Assembly: GCA_900128565.1 (NCBI GenBank)
Contig: LT635919.1
Location: 1 to 55,584, forward strand
Direction: 5' to 3'
DNA from: Stramenopiles sp. TOSAG23-6
Lineage: Eukaryota
DNA: 55,584 bases
The stretch's first letter is position 1, and each line of letters starts with the position of its first letter. The notes beneath the pieces are model-generated. The model was given only the letters and a program-made list of their open reading frames with translations. It made no database searches and had not been told where the DNA came from. Shown piece by piece: positions 1 to 10,100 of this stretch. Position numbers and translations under genes: made by a program.

Positions 1-58
1 TTTTTATAAAAAAAAAATTCGATTTTTTTTTTCGGTAAAAAAAAAAAATAAAACATAC
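1..58 (-). other. Intron of the formin gene (5' part only; AT|GTATGT donor)
   Basis: The minus strand reads CTAT|GTATGTTTTATTTTTT, the same start as intron 439-546, and is truncated by the window edge. Confidence 0.7.
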
Positions 59-694
59 ATAGATGTTTTCGTAACGCAATCCGATCAGCTTGATCTGAAG
101 TTTTGTTTATAAGTTCATTAATGAAACTCATTATACATAGTTGAAATCGCAAACAATTACCAGGCTCAAACGTCTCATCATCGTTTCTATTCAATGATGA
201 CGTGGACGCATCTCGCATAGCAGTTACAAAAGATGCAAATAATGATATTTCATTTCGAGTGATTGACCATCTACGAAGGCCGTCAATTACAAGTAGATAT
301 CCTCGAGAGTCGTGATCATCAGCTTCAAAAAAAGCCACTAATGTGAGAAGCTCCAAAGTATCTTGTGCTAAAAGAGGCTGACTTAAAATATCCAGGGGAA
401 GAGCCATGAATATTCGATCTATGGCACCATCCGTTTCAATGTATTTTGGAAAAATATTTCAAAATTTTCTTTAAAAAAAAAATTTGTTAGGTACAAAATT
501 TCGTACGAAAAAAAAATTTCGAAATTGAAAAAATAATAAAACATACATGACATTATTCATTCCGAAATCATTATTCATTAACGCTTTCATTGCGTTGCAA
601 ATGTGATGTTGGATCATAATGTCGACATCACCTAGAACCTTTGTTATTTCAAGCCTGCGAAGTTGAGCGCAAAGGTCTTCGATTCCACCTGCAA
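59..694 (-). CDS. Formin (diaphanous-type GBD/FH3 region), partial; exons ~547-694 and 59-438, continues beyond the window start
   Basis: Manual translation gives GGIEDLCAQL...ICNAMKALMNNDFGMNNVI|ETDGAIDRIFMAL...ELLTLVAFF...FQLCIMSFINELINKTSDQADRIALRKHL, resembling the formin GBD/FH3 pattern. There is an AG acceptor at 696-695 and GTATGT donors at 546 and 58. Not in the ORF track. Confidence 0.75.
439..546 (-). mobile_element. Non-canonical GT-AT intron, putative introner element (108 nt)
   Basis: CAT|GTATGT...TACGAAATTTTGTACCTAAC...AAAATACAT|TG. Removal restores V-I-E-T-D. Retention gives an in-frame TAA, and the only downstream AG (470-469) gives an in-frame TGA. Similar along its length to intron 44628-44728. 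Confidence 0.75.
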
Positions 695-839
695 CTGAAA
701 AAATATTTAAAATTTTAAATTGTTCAATTGTTATATTGAAGAAAAGTACAGTAGTAATTACACATTTTTAACAATGTTGAGAGTATATGTATCTATTTTT
801 GTTCACATTGTTGTGTGTGTCTCTGGTATTAGAATTAAC

Positions 840-1445
840 ATGAACCCGTCAGTATCACAGCAGCAGCCTGTTACAGAGGTGCCAGGCTTTGTTTCATTTT
901 TATTTCCTTGGTTTAAACGTGTTCAACACCGAATGTATCAACGGAGGATGAGATTCTTAGATAAAAAATCTCATGATCCAGCTGTAAATCCAGACACTGT
1001 TTTAAGTTCAGTTTCAGGAGATTCAAGAGAAGAGTTTCATGTCACTAATAAAAATAATAAAAATAATACAAGTGATAAAACCGAATACAAAAAAGATCAA
1101 ACTGATACCACTGATACTCATGAAATAAAAGACGCTAGTACCAAAAGCAATGGTGTTAGCAACGGAAGCGTCGTCGAAAACGACAGCAATGCTCTAGAAG
1201 AAGAAGTCGATGAAGTAGAAGATGATGATGAAGACTATGATGAAGTAGAAGATGATGATGATGAAGAAGATGGCCAAGGTACACCAATAGAGGTTGCTTA
1301 TGCGCGTTCCAATCAAAAGTCTTTGCAAAAACAAAAAGTAATTACGGATATTGAAAACAAGTGGCGAATTAATTTCGTTTTAGGTTTATTGACAACTTTT
1401 GCAATGGCGATACTGTGTGGTATCATTTGGATTTTAATGTCATAA
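840..1445 (+). CDS. Acidic low-complexity protein with C-terminal transmembrane anchor
   Basis: ORF with a D/E-rich tract and a hydrophobic C-terminal helix. The track start at 720 is TTG, so the ATG at 840 was chosen. Confidence 0.6.
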   Translation: MNPSVSQQQPVTEVPGFVSFLFPWFKRVQHRMYQRRMRFLDKKSHDPAVNPDTVLSSVSGDSREEFHVTNKNNKNNTSDKTEYKKDQTDTTDTHEIKDASTKSNGVSNGSVVENDSNALEEEVDEVEDDDEDYDEVEDDDDEEDGQGTPIEVAYARSNQKSLQKQKVITDIENKWRINFVLGLLTTFAMAILCGIIWILMS

Positions 1446-1927
1446 AATTCTAGTATTTTTATTGCCAGGGTAGAGGAGTTGACCGGGAGTTGAGACAAAT
1501 GAAAAATGTATTCGAACTTATTTTGATTAAAAGATTAAAATCGATCAAATCGATATGTGTCTGTTTCGCCTATCTTGTTCGTTTCATGAAAAATTCTCTA
1601 TTTTGATAAATTTTCTCTCAAATTTAACGAAATTCAATTTATTTACTTCAACCAAATTATATTTTAGTTTACATTTTACTCTTTCTTAGCCTTAAATTCT
1701 TAAATTTCCGTATTTTAAGGCATTTTAATAGCTAGTAGCAGGTTTGTTCAAAGATTTGAAATTTTTCGAAATTTCAAAAATTCAAAATCAAATTTTCAAA
1801 AGTTGTACTTATCTCATTTCTTTTTTGTAGATACGTGTACTACTAATATATATATATCACTTTACATAAGAAAGCAATAGTTGTATACGCAATACATTTT
1901 ATTAATTGGAAGTTATCCTTTTTAACG

Positions 1928-2929
1928 ATGCAGATTCTGTTTTGCATCATAGCTATTGCCTTTTTATTTAAAGTTTCTGCTCTTCAAAGAGGTTCTCTTC
2001 GTCGTCACTACTTGCCAGAATCTGAAAGAGTTCGTTACAATGTCAATCCATATGACACATCAGATTCGATATTTTCGTCATATGAATCCTTGGATCATGA
2101 TGACAATCCAATAGTGAATAAAAAATTGCAACACCTTGTTGATACTGTAGACACTAACAAAAAGAAAATGAATAATAACAGTGAAAATCAACTTGATATG
2201 AACGATACAACCAAGGACAAATTTCTCATAGTCAAAGAAGAGGATATACCCGCAACAAATACCAAAGAACTTCCACAAATTTTCGATGCAACAGTGAAGG
2301 ATAAAGTCAAAAGTGCGAAAATTGCTGCAGCAGAGGCATCTGAACAGATCTCTAATGAAAAAGCATTATATGATGTGACTTCACCATCAAAAACGGGTAA
2401 CTCTAAAGAAGAAGAATCAAAGGTGAATACAAATAGTAAAACTACTAATAAAGTAGTGGAAGATGCTCTTGAATATGGGCGTCATGTAGTTGATGTTCAA
2501 AGAAATATGCGAGCAGAAGCTGCACAAAAAATAGCGAAGTCTCAGTCTCTCTCAAATGTTGATGAATTAAAGACAGAAACGCTATTAAAACAAGGAGATG
2601 GAAGTGAAAACACAGAAGAAGAAGAACCGAATGAAGAAAAAATCAACAAAAAAGAACTCGTGGAAGAAGCAAAACAAGAATCTAAAGAGGAAGAAATTGA
2701 AATGGTGAAAACCAACGAAGAAGATCATCAAAAAGAAGAATTAGAAGAAGAAGAAGCACCACCAACTGAACTGATTATGAAAAAAATTGAGGATGGAGTA
2801 GGCGATGTTATTACAGAAGACATTGTATGGAAATCTCATGTAACTTTTGCAGTTGGTGTAGCCATGATAGTAACATTAGGTACAATGGTAGCGCTTGCTG
2901 TTGTATGGACGATTGTAACAGGTGAGTAA
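1928..2929 (+). CDS. Secretory-pathway acidic protein with signal peptide and C-terminal TM helix
   Basis: 333-aa ORF with N-terminal MQILFCIIAIAFLFKVSA, a Glu-rich middle and a C-terminal hydrophobic helix. Confidence 0.75.
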   Translation: MQILFCIIAIAFLFKVSALQRGSLRRHYLPESERVRYNVNPYDTSDSIFSSYESLDHDDNPIVNKKLQHLVDTVDTNKKKMNNNSENQLDMNDTTKDKFLIVKEEDIPATNTKELPQIFDATVKDKVKSAKIAAAEASEQISNEKALYDVTSPSKTGNSKEEESKVNTNSKTTNKVVEDALEYGRHVVDVQRNMRAEAAQKIAKSQSLSNVDELKTETLLKQGDGSENTEEEEPNEEKINKKELVEEAKQESKEEEIEMVKTNEEDHQKEELEEEEAPPTELIMKKIEDGVGDVITEDIVWKSHVTFAVGVAMIVTLGTMVALAVVWTIVTGE

Positions 2930-3140
2930 ATTATCATTTAGAATCGTTTTATATAAACTAAAAAAAAGTAAAAAAAATTAATTCCATTATTTTTCTAGTA
3001 AAATTTGAAAATGTAGAGGCATTCAGAGGAGGATTCGATAACATCTCACCTGAAAATCAGTCAATTTCTTGACTTCTTGAATTATTATATTATCAATCAA
3101 ACAATCAAAGGCCCAAAAAACATTTTCCCTGTTGTAGTAT

Positions 3141-3995
3141 TTATGAAATTAGACACCCATTATTTTCATTATTTTTTTTTTGATTCTCTATATTTGGTTG
3201 TTGGGCAACATTTTGCATTCTAATTGTTTCCTTTGATTGATTTCTTCGTTGTTGTCGCTGCTTTAATCTTGTTTTTGAAGATTTAGTACGTTTTCGCTCT
3301 TGATGCTCTCGTAATTTCATTTTTTTTACATATTTCGTCTGTTTGGCTGACGACGTGGACCGTCGTCTGTGTCGTCTTTGATGTTGTCGATGTTGTATAC
3401 GTTTTTTTCGTGCTTTCGCTACACAAGCCAAACGCGTATTTTTTGCTACTCGAGCTTCCTTTATAGCAGCTTCCTTGGCTATTCGAATCATTCGAAGTTT
3501 CTTTGCTTCAACCAAACGAGCTCTCTCGGCAGCTATTCGAAGTTTCTTTGCTTCAGCTAAACGAGCTCTCTCGGCAGCTATTCGAAGTTTTTTCGCTTCA
3601 ACTAAACGAGCTCTCTCGGCAGCTTGGGATATTCGAAGGATTTTTGCTTTAGCTAAACGAGCTTTTTCGGTAGCTAATTGTGCTTCCTGTGCGTCATGTA
3701 GTAGTTGCCAGTGAGTTTTAACAAAATGGACCCGTTTCTGAATATCTTTAGCGGGATCCTTACCATCCTTGAGCGGTTGACGAATCTTACCACTTTGGAT
3801 TTGAAATTGAAGCTTGGGAGAGTTCTCCCGACGTCCAACATTTGCGTCTCCTATTTGTTCAATTTGTTCGTCCCATAATTTCGCAAGGTGCCTAAGTCGC
3901 TTAATTCGTATGTTGTTGTCTGTAACTACTCTGGTTGCTCTAGTTGCTTGAGATACATACAATAGTGTAAAAGCAAGTAATCCACGTCGATTCAT
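3141..3995 (-). CDS. Basic helical-repeat protein with putative signal peptide and CaaX-like end (CLIS)
   Basis: 284-aa ORF with repeated RIAAERARL(V/A)EAKKL and an R/K/Q-rich tail. Confidence 0.6.
   Translation of the reverse strand: MNRRGLLAFTLLYVSQATRATRVVTDNNIRIKRLRHLAKLWDEQIEQIGDANVGRRENSPKLQFQIQSGKIRQPLKDGKDPAKDIQKRVHFVKTHWQLLHDAQEAQLATEKARLAKAKILRISQAAERARLVEAKKLRIAAERARLAEAKKLRIAAERARLVEAKKLRMIRIAKEAAIKEARVAKNTRLACVAKARKKRIQHRQHQRRHRRRSTSSAKQTKYVKKMKLREHQERKRTKSSKTRLKQRQQRRNQSKETIRMQNVAQQPNIENQKKNNENNGCLIS
3478..3665 (-). repeat. Coding tandem repeat, 45-nt unit, about 3-4 copies
   Basis: gctattcgaagtttctttgcttca..taaacgagctctctcggca is repeated head to tail. Confidence 0.9.
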
Positions 3996-4420
3996 TGTGT
4001 AATAAATTTCCCGCGGGTCATCTGGACAAGAGAGTTTTTTTCGCTTTTCCTGATGTTGTTCGATGTTTGGCCATCATCATCATCANGCATCATCATAAAT
4101 TAATTTTTTCAAAAATAAAATCAAAACAGGTTTGTGTGCATGGCGGATCCAGATCGATGCCATGCCGGATTTGTGTCTGTGTGCACCACCATGCTGCTCT
4201 CGGCGGTACATTTTATCCTCTCGTCTGCTGTGTAGAAGAACGGATCTTGGAAAAAAAACTAATAGCAATAATTAATTATCACTGGAGTTAATAATTAATG
4301 ATATTGCTTTAAAGATGTGTTTGGGTTATNAAAATTTTTCAACTCTTTCAGATTTTGATTGCTGTAAATATTTTGTAAATGTTTTCCACGGAAAGCAGGT
4401 GATTTCTGCACTATACCTTG

Positions 4421-7400
4421 ATGAGCTTAGACGAAGAAGTCTATGGCAAGCCCCAACAAAGGGTTAAGAATGTGGCTATATCAAATGTTTGTGATAATTC
4501 ACCTACTGAAGTTACAAGAATGTTCCCAGGGGCATTTGTTGAGTATGTTTGTTGTCTGAAGATATTAGATGCTACTAACTTACCAGCTTTGGACAAGTGG
4601 TCTGGTGCCGCCGACCCTTATTGCCGGGTTTTCCTTCAAAACCCTGAGTTAGTATCGACGTCTATAAGTAGCGTAGGAATACAGAAAATAAAGCAAGTAA
4701 AGAGGACGTCAAAGAAACAAAAAACAGTTGATCCAAATTGGGCAGACGAAAATGTTATGAAGTTCATTCTCCGAAGTGACAATGGTATTCAAGAAACTCT
4801 TTGTATTGAAGTGTGGGACTTTGATAGTGGCTCAAAAGATGAGTTAATAGGATTTGCAAAAATAGAAATAGCGTCAATAATGGCACCACTTTTAGCTAGA
4901 AGAGCAGCTATAGTGCAGGTAGATGAAGATGATAAGTTGATATCAGACAAAATAGTTGGAAACGTTGCTTTTATGAGTCAAAACCCTGAGCCTATGACTA
5001 TTACTTTATCTGGTGGTCAGGTTGATAAATTTAATAGTAAGAGTTGTATTCGCTTTGTTTTGGGATTCGAAAGTTATTTGGTTACACTAGCTGCGTATTC
5101 ACAGCTAAGATTGTCATCAGTCAGTCCTATTGCTGCACAGGCTCGTGGTTTTCTCGTTACTCGTGATTGTGAAGGTAATAAATATGTCCAATATGTATTA
5201 GATGTTACTTTGGAGTATGAAATAGAAAAAGGTAATGGTATTGATACATCAAAATCTTCTTATCTCTCGTCAACAGTTAGTGATGGTGAACGAATAATGA
5301 GTACTCAAGGAATTAAAGTGAAAACACAAGTAGCCCGTCGAATGAAAGAATTTCGAAAATTAGAAGATTGCGTACAGCGTGATTTTAGACACACATTGAA
5401 ACACGTTAAAGATCGTCCTGAATTCCCACATGGGTCTTTGCGAGAATATTTTAAAAATGGAAAGACTGGCACAAATGAATCTTTAGTATTGAAACGTCAG
5501 AAAAGACTGAATTTGTGGTTACAGGCACTTATCAATGTACCACCTATAGCTAATAGCTGTGCAATGAAAACATTTCTTTTTGAACCAGTGCTCACACAGA
5601 ATTGGACTAAGAAACTTGCCGAATCTGTATTTGATGAAAAAAACAGGGTACGGCATCATACAGTGGATAGGTCAAATTCTGAATCTAATAATAGTGATAA
5701 CTTTGATGACTCTTTATCAAAGAATGTAATGAATACATCTGAAAGTATTAGAGATGTGTCAAGTTCATCAGTGGAAGAAGGGACGCATATACAAAATGAT
5801 TCTGATAATTCTGAAACATGTTTCAACAACGGCAGTCGAATGCTTCGAGTAAGTCAGCAAACATCTACACAAAAGAAATCGAGAGGTTTTCAAGGTCAAT
5901 GTAATAGGGAGAAGTCTGGCAGTTCATTTGAAATGAAAGTGATTGATACCACAACGCGTGATTCGACTTCCTTGAAGTCCTCGCAAGTACCACAACCACG
6001 AATTAGTTCAATATCACCTGGTCCTGGGTATACAAGAAGAAAACCACGTTCCACTGTAAGTATTCCTCAAGGTTGGTTACCAGTGCAAAGTGATGATCAA
6101 ATTGGACCAACTGAAAATATAGACAATAGAAACCATACGATTCATGGTGGTAGCCACCATGAAGAATCAACTCATATCTCAAATAATAATAATAATAATG
6201 AAAATAAGGGAAAACGTCAAAGTATCCATAATGTACGTATCCAGCGTGGTAATAAAAACAAAGTTACTTTTAAGGAAAATGTAGTCGTTCAACAAGGAGA
6301 GCATCCTCATTCATCATGTGAAACATTTGTTGAAAATACACTATTGCGATGCATGACATATAGTAAAAAACAACCGATTGATGTACGTCCACGCAGATTT
6401 GCACTAATGGCTGCATCTAGTAAACAAAGTGCAACTGCAGTATCGGCTTCAATTAGTGTACGACAAGGTCATGAATTTGCGAGCATGTATTCACCAGATC
6501 CGAATGAGTTTAAGGCATTTTGGATGATGAGAAAACTCGGTGCCGCAGTAGCGCCAGGTGATGGTGGATATTTAACGCCTGCGTTGTTCCTTCCTTCCCA
6601 AGTTTGGAGTCGTGTAGGAGTCAAATTAGAATCCTTACCCTTAAAACAAAAAGCATTCCAAGAACTCAGTCGACATTTAGGGCACATGCATTCTGTACAA
6701 ATAGGATTTGGAACGAAGACAAAAACACAAGCAGGAGATTCTTTAGCAAATTTGAAACGATTTAAAGTTGGTTTAAAGCATATTTGTAAAATGCTTCCAG
6801 ATATGCAATCAACATTATCAAAACATTGCCCATATATACCTGAAGCAAAAGTAAATCGATCTTGGATTCGAGAATTACGACATAAAGGAGCCCGTGTCCG
6901 TGAAAGGGCTAATTTGAAACTCCAACGATATTTTAAAGATGATATTCGTGTACCAGATCTTGGAAGTTATCGTCGTGTTTTGTGTGATATATGTGAAGGA
7001 ATCATTTTAATTAATGATATATTCTTGGCATTTGTTGCTGCAGAGGCCGCTTCCATTGGTACATCAAAAAGATCTTCAAGTAGACGTCGTGCAGTGTCTG
7101 TTGTCCGCAACTCTAAAGCTTTAAGTGATGATATGAAAGACGTTGTTGCCCATGTTAGTAAACTTGCAGATTTTGTGAAGGTTGTTGTTTGGGCTATAGT
7201 TCTGAGAGACTTAAAAGTTTTAGTGGAACATGATATCCTACATACACGACGTGTTTTCGCAGCACCACCTCCAAGTTTTAGAAATACACAGAGGCAAGAG
7301 CAACAAGAACGTGAAGAAAGAAGGGAGAGACATCGTGAATGGGAAAAGGCGAAGAAACGTACTAAAGAAAAACGACGTATTTCATTGAATAGAAAGAAAA

Positions 7401-7501
7401 AAATAATAGATGAAACAGGTTCAAAGGTATTTCGTCTAAGTCGTCTTCAAATCCCTGAACATGTTATTAAAAGCGAGAATATTGATCTAGACTGGCGCTG
7501 A
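4421..7501 (+). CDS. C2 and PX domain-containing protein
   Basis: C2 motifs (ILDATNLPALD..GAADPYC, IEVWDFDSGSKDELIG) and PX-like motifs (VARRMKEFRKL, RQKRLNLWLQAL). Confidence 0.85.
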   Translation: MSLDEEVYGKPQQRVKNVAISNVCDNSPTEVTRMFPGAFVEYVCCLKILDATNLPALDKWSGAADPYCRVFLQNPELVSTSISSVGIQKIKQVKRTSKKQKTVDPNWADENVMKFILRSDNGIQETLCIEVWDFDSGSKDELIGFAKIEIASIMAPLLARRAAIVQVDEDDKLISDKIVGNVAFMSQNPEPMTITLSGGQVDKFNSKSCIRFVLGFESYLVTLAAYSQLRLSSVSPIAAQARGFLVTRDCEGNKYVQYVLDVTLEYEIEKGNGIDTSKSSYLSSTVSDGERIMSTQGIKVKTQVARRMKEFRKLEDCVQRDFRHTLKHVKDRPEFPHGSLREYFKNGKTGTNESLVLKRQKRLNLWLQALINVPPIANSCAMKTFLFEPVLTQNWTKKLAESVFDEKNRVRHHTVDRSNSESNNSDNFDDSLSKNVMNTSESIRDVSSSSVEEGTHIQNDSDNSETCFNNGSRMLRVSQQTSTQKKSRGFQGQCNREKSGSSFEMKVIDTTTRDSTSLKSSQVPQPRISSISPGPGYTRRKPRSTVSIPQGWLPVQSDDQIGPTENIDNRNHTIHGGSHHEESTHISNNNNNNENKGKRQSIHNVRIQRGNKNKVTFKENVVVQQGEHPHSSCETFVENTLLRCMTYSKKQPIDVRPRRFALMAASSKQSATAVSASISVRQGHEFASMYSPDPNEFKAFWMMRKLGAAVAPGDGGYLTPALFLPSQVWSRVGVKLESLPLKQKAFQELSRHLGHMHSVQIGFGTKTKTQAGDSLANLKRFKVGLKHICKMLPDMQSTLSKHCPYIPEAKVNRSWIRELRHKGARVRERANLKLQRYFKDDIRVPDLGSYRRVLCDICEGIILINDIFLAFVAAEAASIGTSKRSSSRRRAVSVVRNSKALSDDMKDVVAHVSKLADFVKVVVWAIVLRDLKVLVEHDILHTRRVFAAPPPSFRNTQRQEQQEREERRERHREWEKAKKRTKEKRRISLNRKKKIIDETGSKVFRLSRLQIPEHVIKSENIDLDWR

Positions 7502-7643
7502 ATGTATAATAATGTAATTTATCAAGTGATGTCCAACAATCACTGTATAACAAATAATATATCAAGTGATTTGATTTTACTATAGAATAGCCCAAGAAAA
7601 AGAATTTATACTAAAAAAATATTTATTTCCTAATCTTTTGTTT

Positions 7644-9887
7644 TTAATCAACTTCAACAATTTCTTCAAGCTTACCACTAACCCATCCTAACTCATCTAC
7701 TACACTAACTACTTCTTTCTGCAACATAGCTCTCATTTTTATTAGTTTGCCACCAGTACCTCGAGTTAGCGCTGCCATAAATAATGCACGAACCGAGAAA
7801 AACAAACGAAAGCCAATCTCCGATACTTGAATACCTATTAATGCAAGAAACGGAGAAAAGAAAAAATAAATCACCGCATACACTTCTGCTAGATAATACC
7901 AACATAACACAGTATATATAATATGTTGCATTGGTATAAACACCATTCCTACAATTACTTTCCATGTAGCAACAACATCTCGAGCTTCTATTTTAACTCT
8001 TGACTTTTTTAATGCCTTGCGTTGTTGCCATCCAGAAACTACTCTAGTAAGTATAATACATGGACCAGCAATTACTAAACCCAATGGAATCATTAAACAC
8101 CAAATAATAAGCATCGGGACACGTACGGCCAACCTTTGATATACCTTACCCACACTCCAAAGAGTTCTGTCACCTTTAGAATTGTTAATCATTTGTTGGA
8201 CTGAAGCTATTTTGTGATCTGGTATACCATAATTCTTCTTCAATAAATTATATTGTTCAATATGTTTACGCAATAATAATACCCGAGGATGTGACTTGAG
8301 TGAAGAATACCCAGAGGCTATTGCATGTCCTAGATTAAACTTAGCCACAAGGGATGCATGGTCGACTTCAGCATGTCTTCCAATATCTTTTCTCAATGAA
8401 TGTATACTATTTTCAGCAAGATCAAACCCAGCATGTGCAACACCCATCAAAGAAAGTGATGGATTGGAGAGACTTCGCTTAATTCCATTCAAACTAGACA
8501 CTCTTCTACGTAATCCTACATCTGTAGGACGTCTTACTGCTCTATATTTGTTTCTGTTTGAAATCATGGAAAACTCATTATGTGATTGATGTGATTTCAT
8601 CGTACTTGTCATTCTAACAGGAGCTCCTTTACTTGTAGATGTATCATTTACCATTCCCTGTGTGCACCCTTCAGCATACATTCTTCGAACACCACGGAAA
8701 AATTCTAAAGTTTCTGCATCAGGTGCTTGAAAAGTGACCATAGAAAGACCTAGTTTTATACGGTCAAGTAGTTCTGTACACGCAACACGTTTCAAAGCAC
8801 CACCAGCGATATAATTATCAACAAGATGAGGTGATACAATAATTGGATCACCATATTCAACAAACACAGAACCATGAAATCGATGCCCTTTATAGTAGTT
8901 AAGTCCAACAGGAATAATTCGAAGTGGGAGGTTTTTATTTCTAGCAAGTGCGCCTAGTGCCATAAGGGATACACCTGCTTTGAGTGGCAGTAATCGAGAT
9001 TGATCATGTGAACCACCTTCAGGGAAAACACCAACTGCACCTCCTGCATCAAGGCAATCAAACACCGAAGTATACATATCTTGATTATTTACTCTTGGAA
9101 TCATCTTATAAGAAGAGGGTGGGACTGATAAAGTTTCAAAGCCTTTTTCATATAACCCGCCACTTTTAGTACCTATTTTATTTAACTCGCTACTTTTAGC
9201 ACCTAATGACACGTTCTTTTTATGTTTACTGGTAGGAAGACCATGAGGTAGCTCTAATGGACTCTGTAGAATTAGATGGGAATTACTCACCACTTTCAGA
9301 ACGCGACTTGATTTTTTTGAATATGGTTCATCAGTCAATAATATTGTATATCCAGATTTAAATAAACTAAGAAATCGAGTTTCCTTATCACCAAGCACAT
9401 GCAAAAACAAGGACTCCTTTTCGTCAGAAATACGGCCTATAGTCACACGACCAGCACCAGTCACTGACAGGTCTTGGGGACGCTCAACACTTATAGGATT
9501 TAAACCACTCATAAGATGTCCTATATATGGCTTGCGCAAAGAACTAGCGGCAGCAATGAAACGAATATCTCTTCTTTTTAGTTTAGTAGTGGCGACAACA
9601 GGATCTATAAACTGGTTAGCATGAGGGGCACAAACAAGGATTAGTGGACCTTTTTCTGGCACTTTAAATTCACCATGGGATACAAGATCACGAAAAAATA
9701 TCTCCGCTATAAAAGCAAGAAGGCCCATCACTACATTACCCCACTCAATATTCCAATATGCCCACCAAGTAAAAAAACTACCGTTTATTGACTCTGCAAT
9801 CAACCAATGGACACCCGCAGTATGTAGGACGCACGAAAACCCCAATCCAACCCATACCACCCATAGTCCATCTTTTTTAAATCTCAT
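7644..9887 (-). CDS. Glycerol-3-phosphate/DHAP acyltransferase (Sct1/Gpt2-like)
   Basis: PHANQFIDP, FPEGGSHD and IIPVGLNY acyltransferase motifs, plus C-terminal TM helices with ARDVVATWK. Confidence 0.9.
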   Translation of the reverse strand: MRFKKDGLWVVWVGLGFSCVLHTAGVHWLIAESINGSFFTWWAYWNIEWGNVVMGLLAFIAEIFFRDLVSHGEFKVPEKGPLILVCAPHANQFIDPVVATTKLKRRDIRFIAAASSLRKPYIGHLMSGLNPISVERPQDLSVTGAGRVTIGRISDEKESLFLHVLGDKETRFLSLFKSGYTILLTDEPYSKKSSRVLKVVSNSHLILQSPLELPHGLPTSKHKKNVSLGAKSSELNKIGTKSGGLYEKGFETLSVPPSSYKMIPRVNNQDMYTSVFDCLDAGGAVGVFPEGGSHDQSRLLPLKAGVSLMALGALARNKNLPLRIIPVGLNYYKGHRFHGSVFVEYGDPIIVSPHLVDNYIAGGALKRVACTELLDRIKLGLSMVTFQAPDAETLEFFRGVRRMYAEGCTQGMVNDTSTSKGAPVRMTSTMKSHQSHNEFSMISNRNKYRAVRRPTDVGLRRRVSSLNGIKRSLSNPSLSLMGVAHAGFDLAENSIHSLRKDIGRHAEVDHASLVAKFNLGHAIASGYSSLKSHPRVLLLRKHIEQYNLLKKNYGIPDHKIASVQQMINNSKGDRTLWSVGKVYQRLAVRVPMLIIWCLMIPLGLVIAGPCIILTRVVSGWQQRKALKKSRVKIEARDVVATWKVIVGMVFIPMQHIIYTVLCWYYLAEVYAVIYFFFSPFLALIGIQVSEIGFRLFFSVRALFMAALTRGTGGKLIKMRAMLQKEVVSVVDELGWVSGKLEEIVEVD

Positions 9888-10083
9888 TCTGATAATACAC
9901 TCAACAATAAACTTTTGTCTTTAATTGAAGATAAGATATGGATACAAAGGTGTTAAGCTTTGGAAAATTTAATAGTTTCCTTTTTCAACCAGCATGCTGC
10001 ATACCAGAGCCAGATGCTGGGCACGCGCTGGGCACGAAGAAGCGAGAGAGAGGAGGACAGCGAGAGATTTCAAAAAAAAAAAA

Positions 10084-10100
10084 CTAACCCTAACCCTAAC
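10084..10100 (-). promoter_or_regulatory. Interstitial telomeric motif (telo-box-like)
   Basis: ctaaccctaaccctaac lies about 200 nt upstream of the GPAT start. Confidence 0.5.

Noticed and set aside
3478-3665. CRISPR-like array
   Set aside because: Head-to-tail in-frame coding repeats without unique spacers, in a eukaryotic context with no cas genes. The same applies to 46746-46890.
3995-4291. 98-aa ORF in the divergent promoter region
   Set aside because: Non-ATG start, contains an N and a cat microsatellite, and shows no protein-like features.
10084-10100. Chromosome end or telomerase RNA template
   Set aside because: Under three repeat units, internal, and similar motifs recur at other promoters. 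No supporting RNA structure was recognised.
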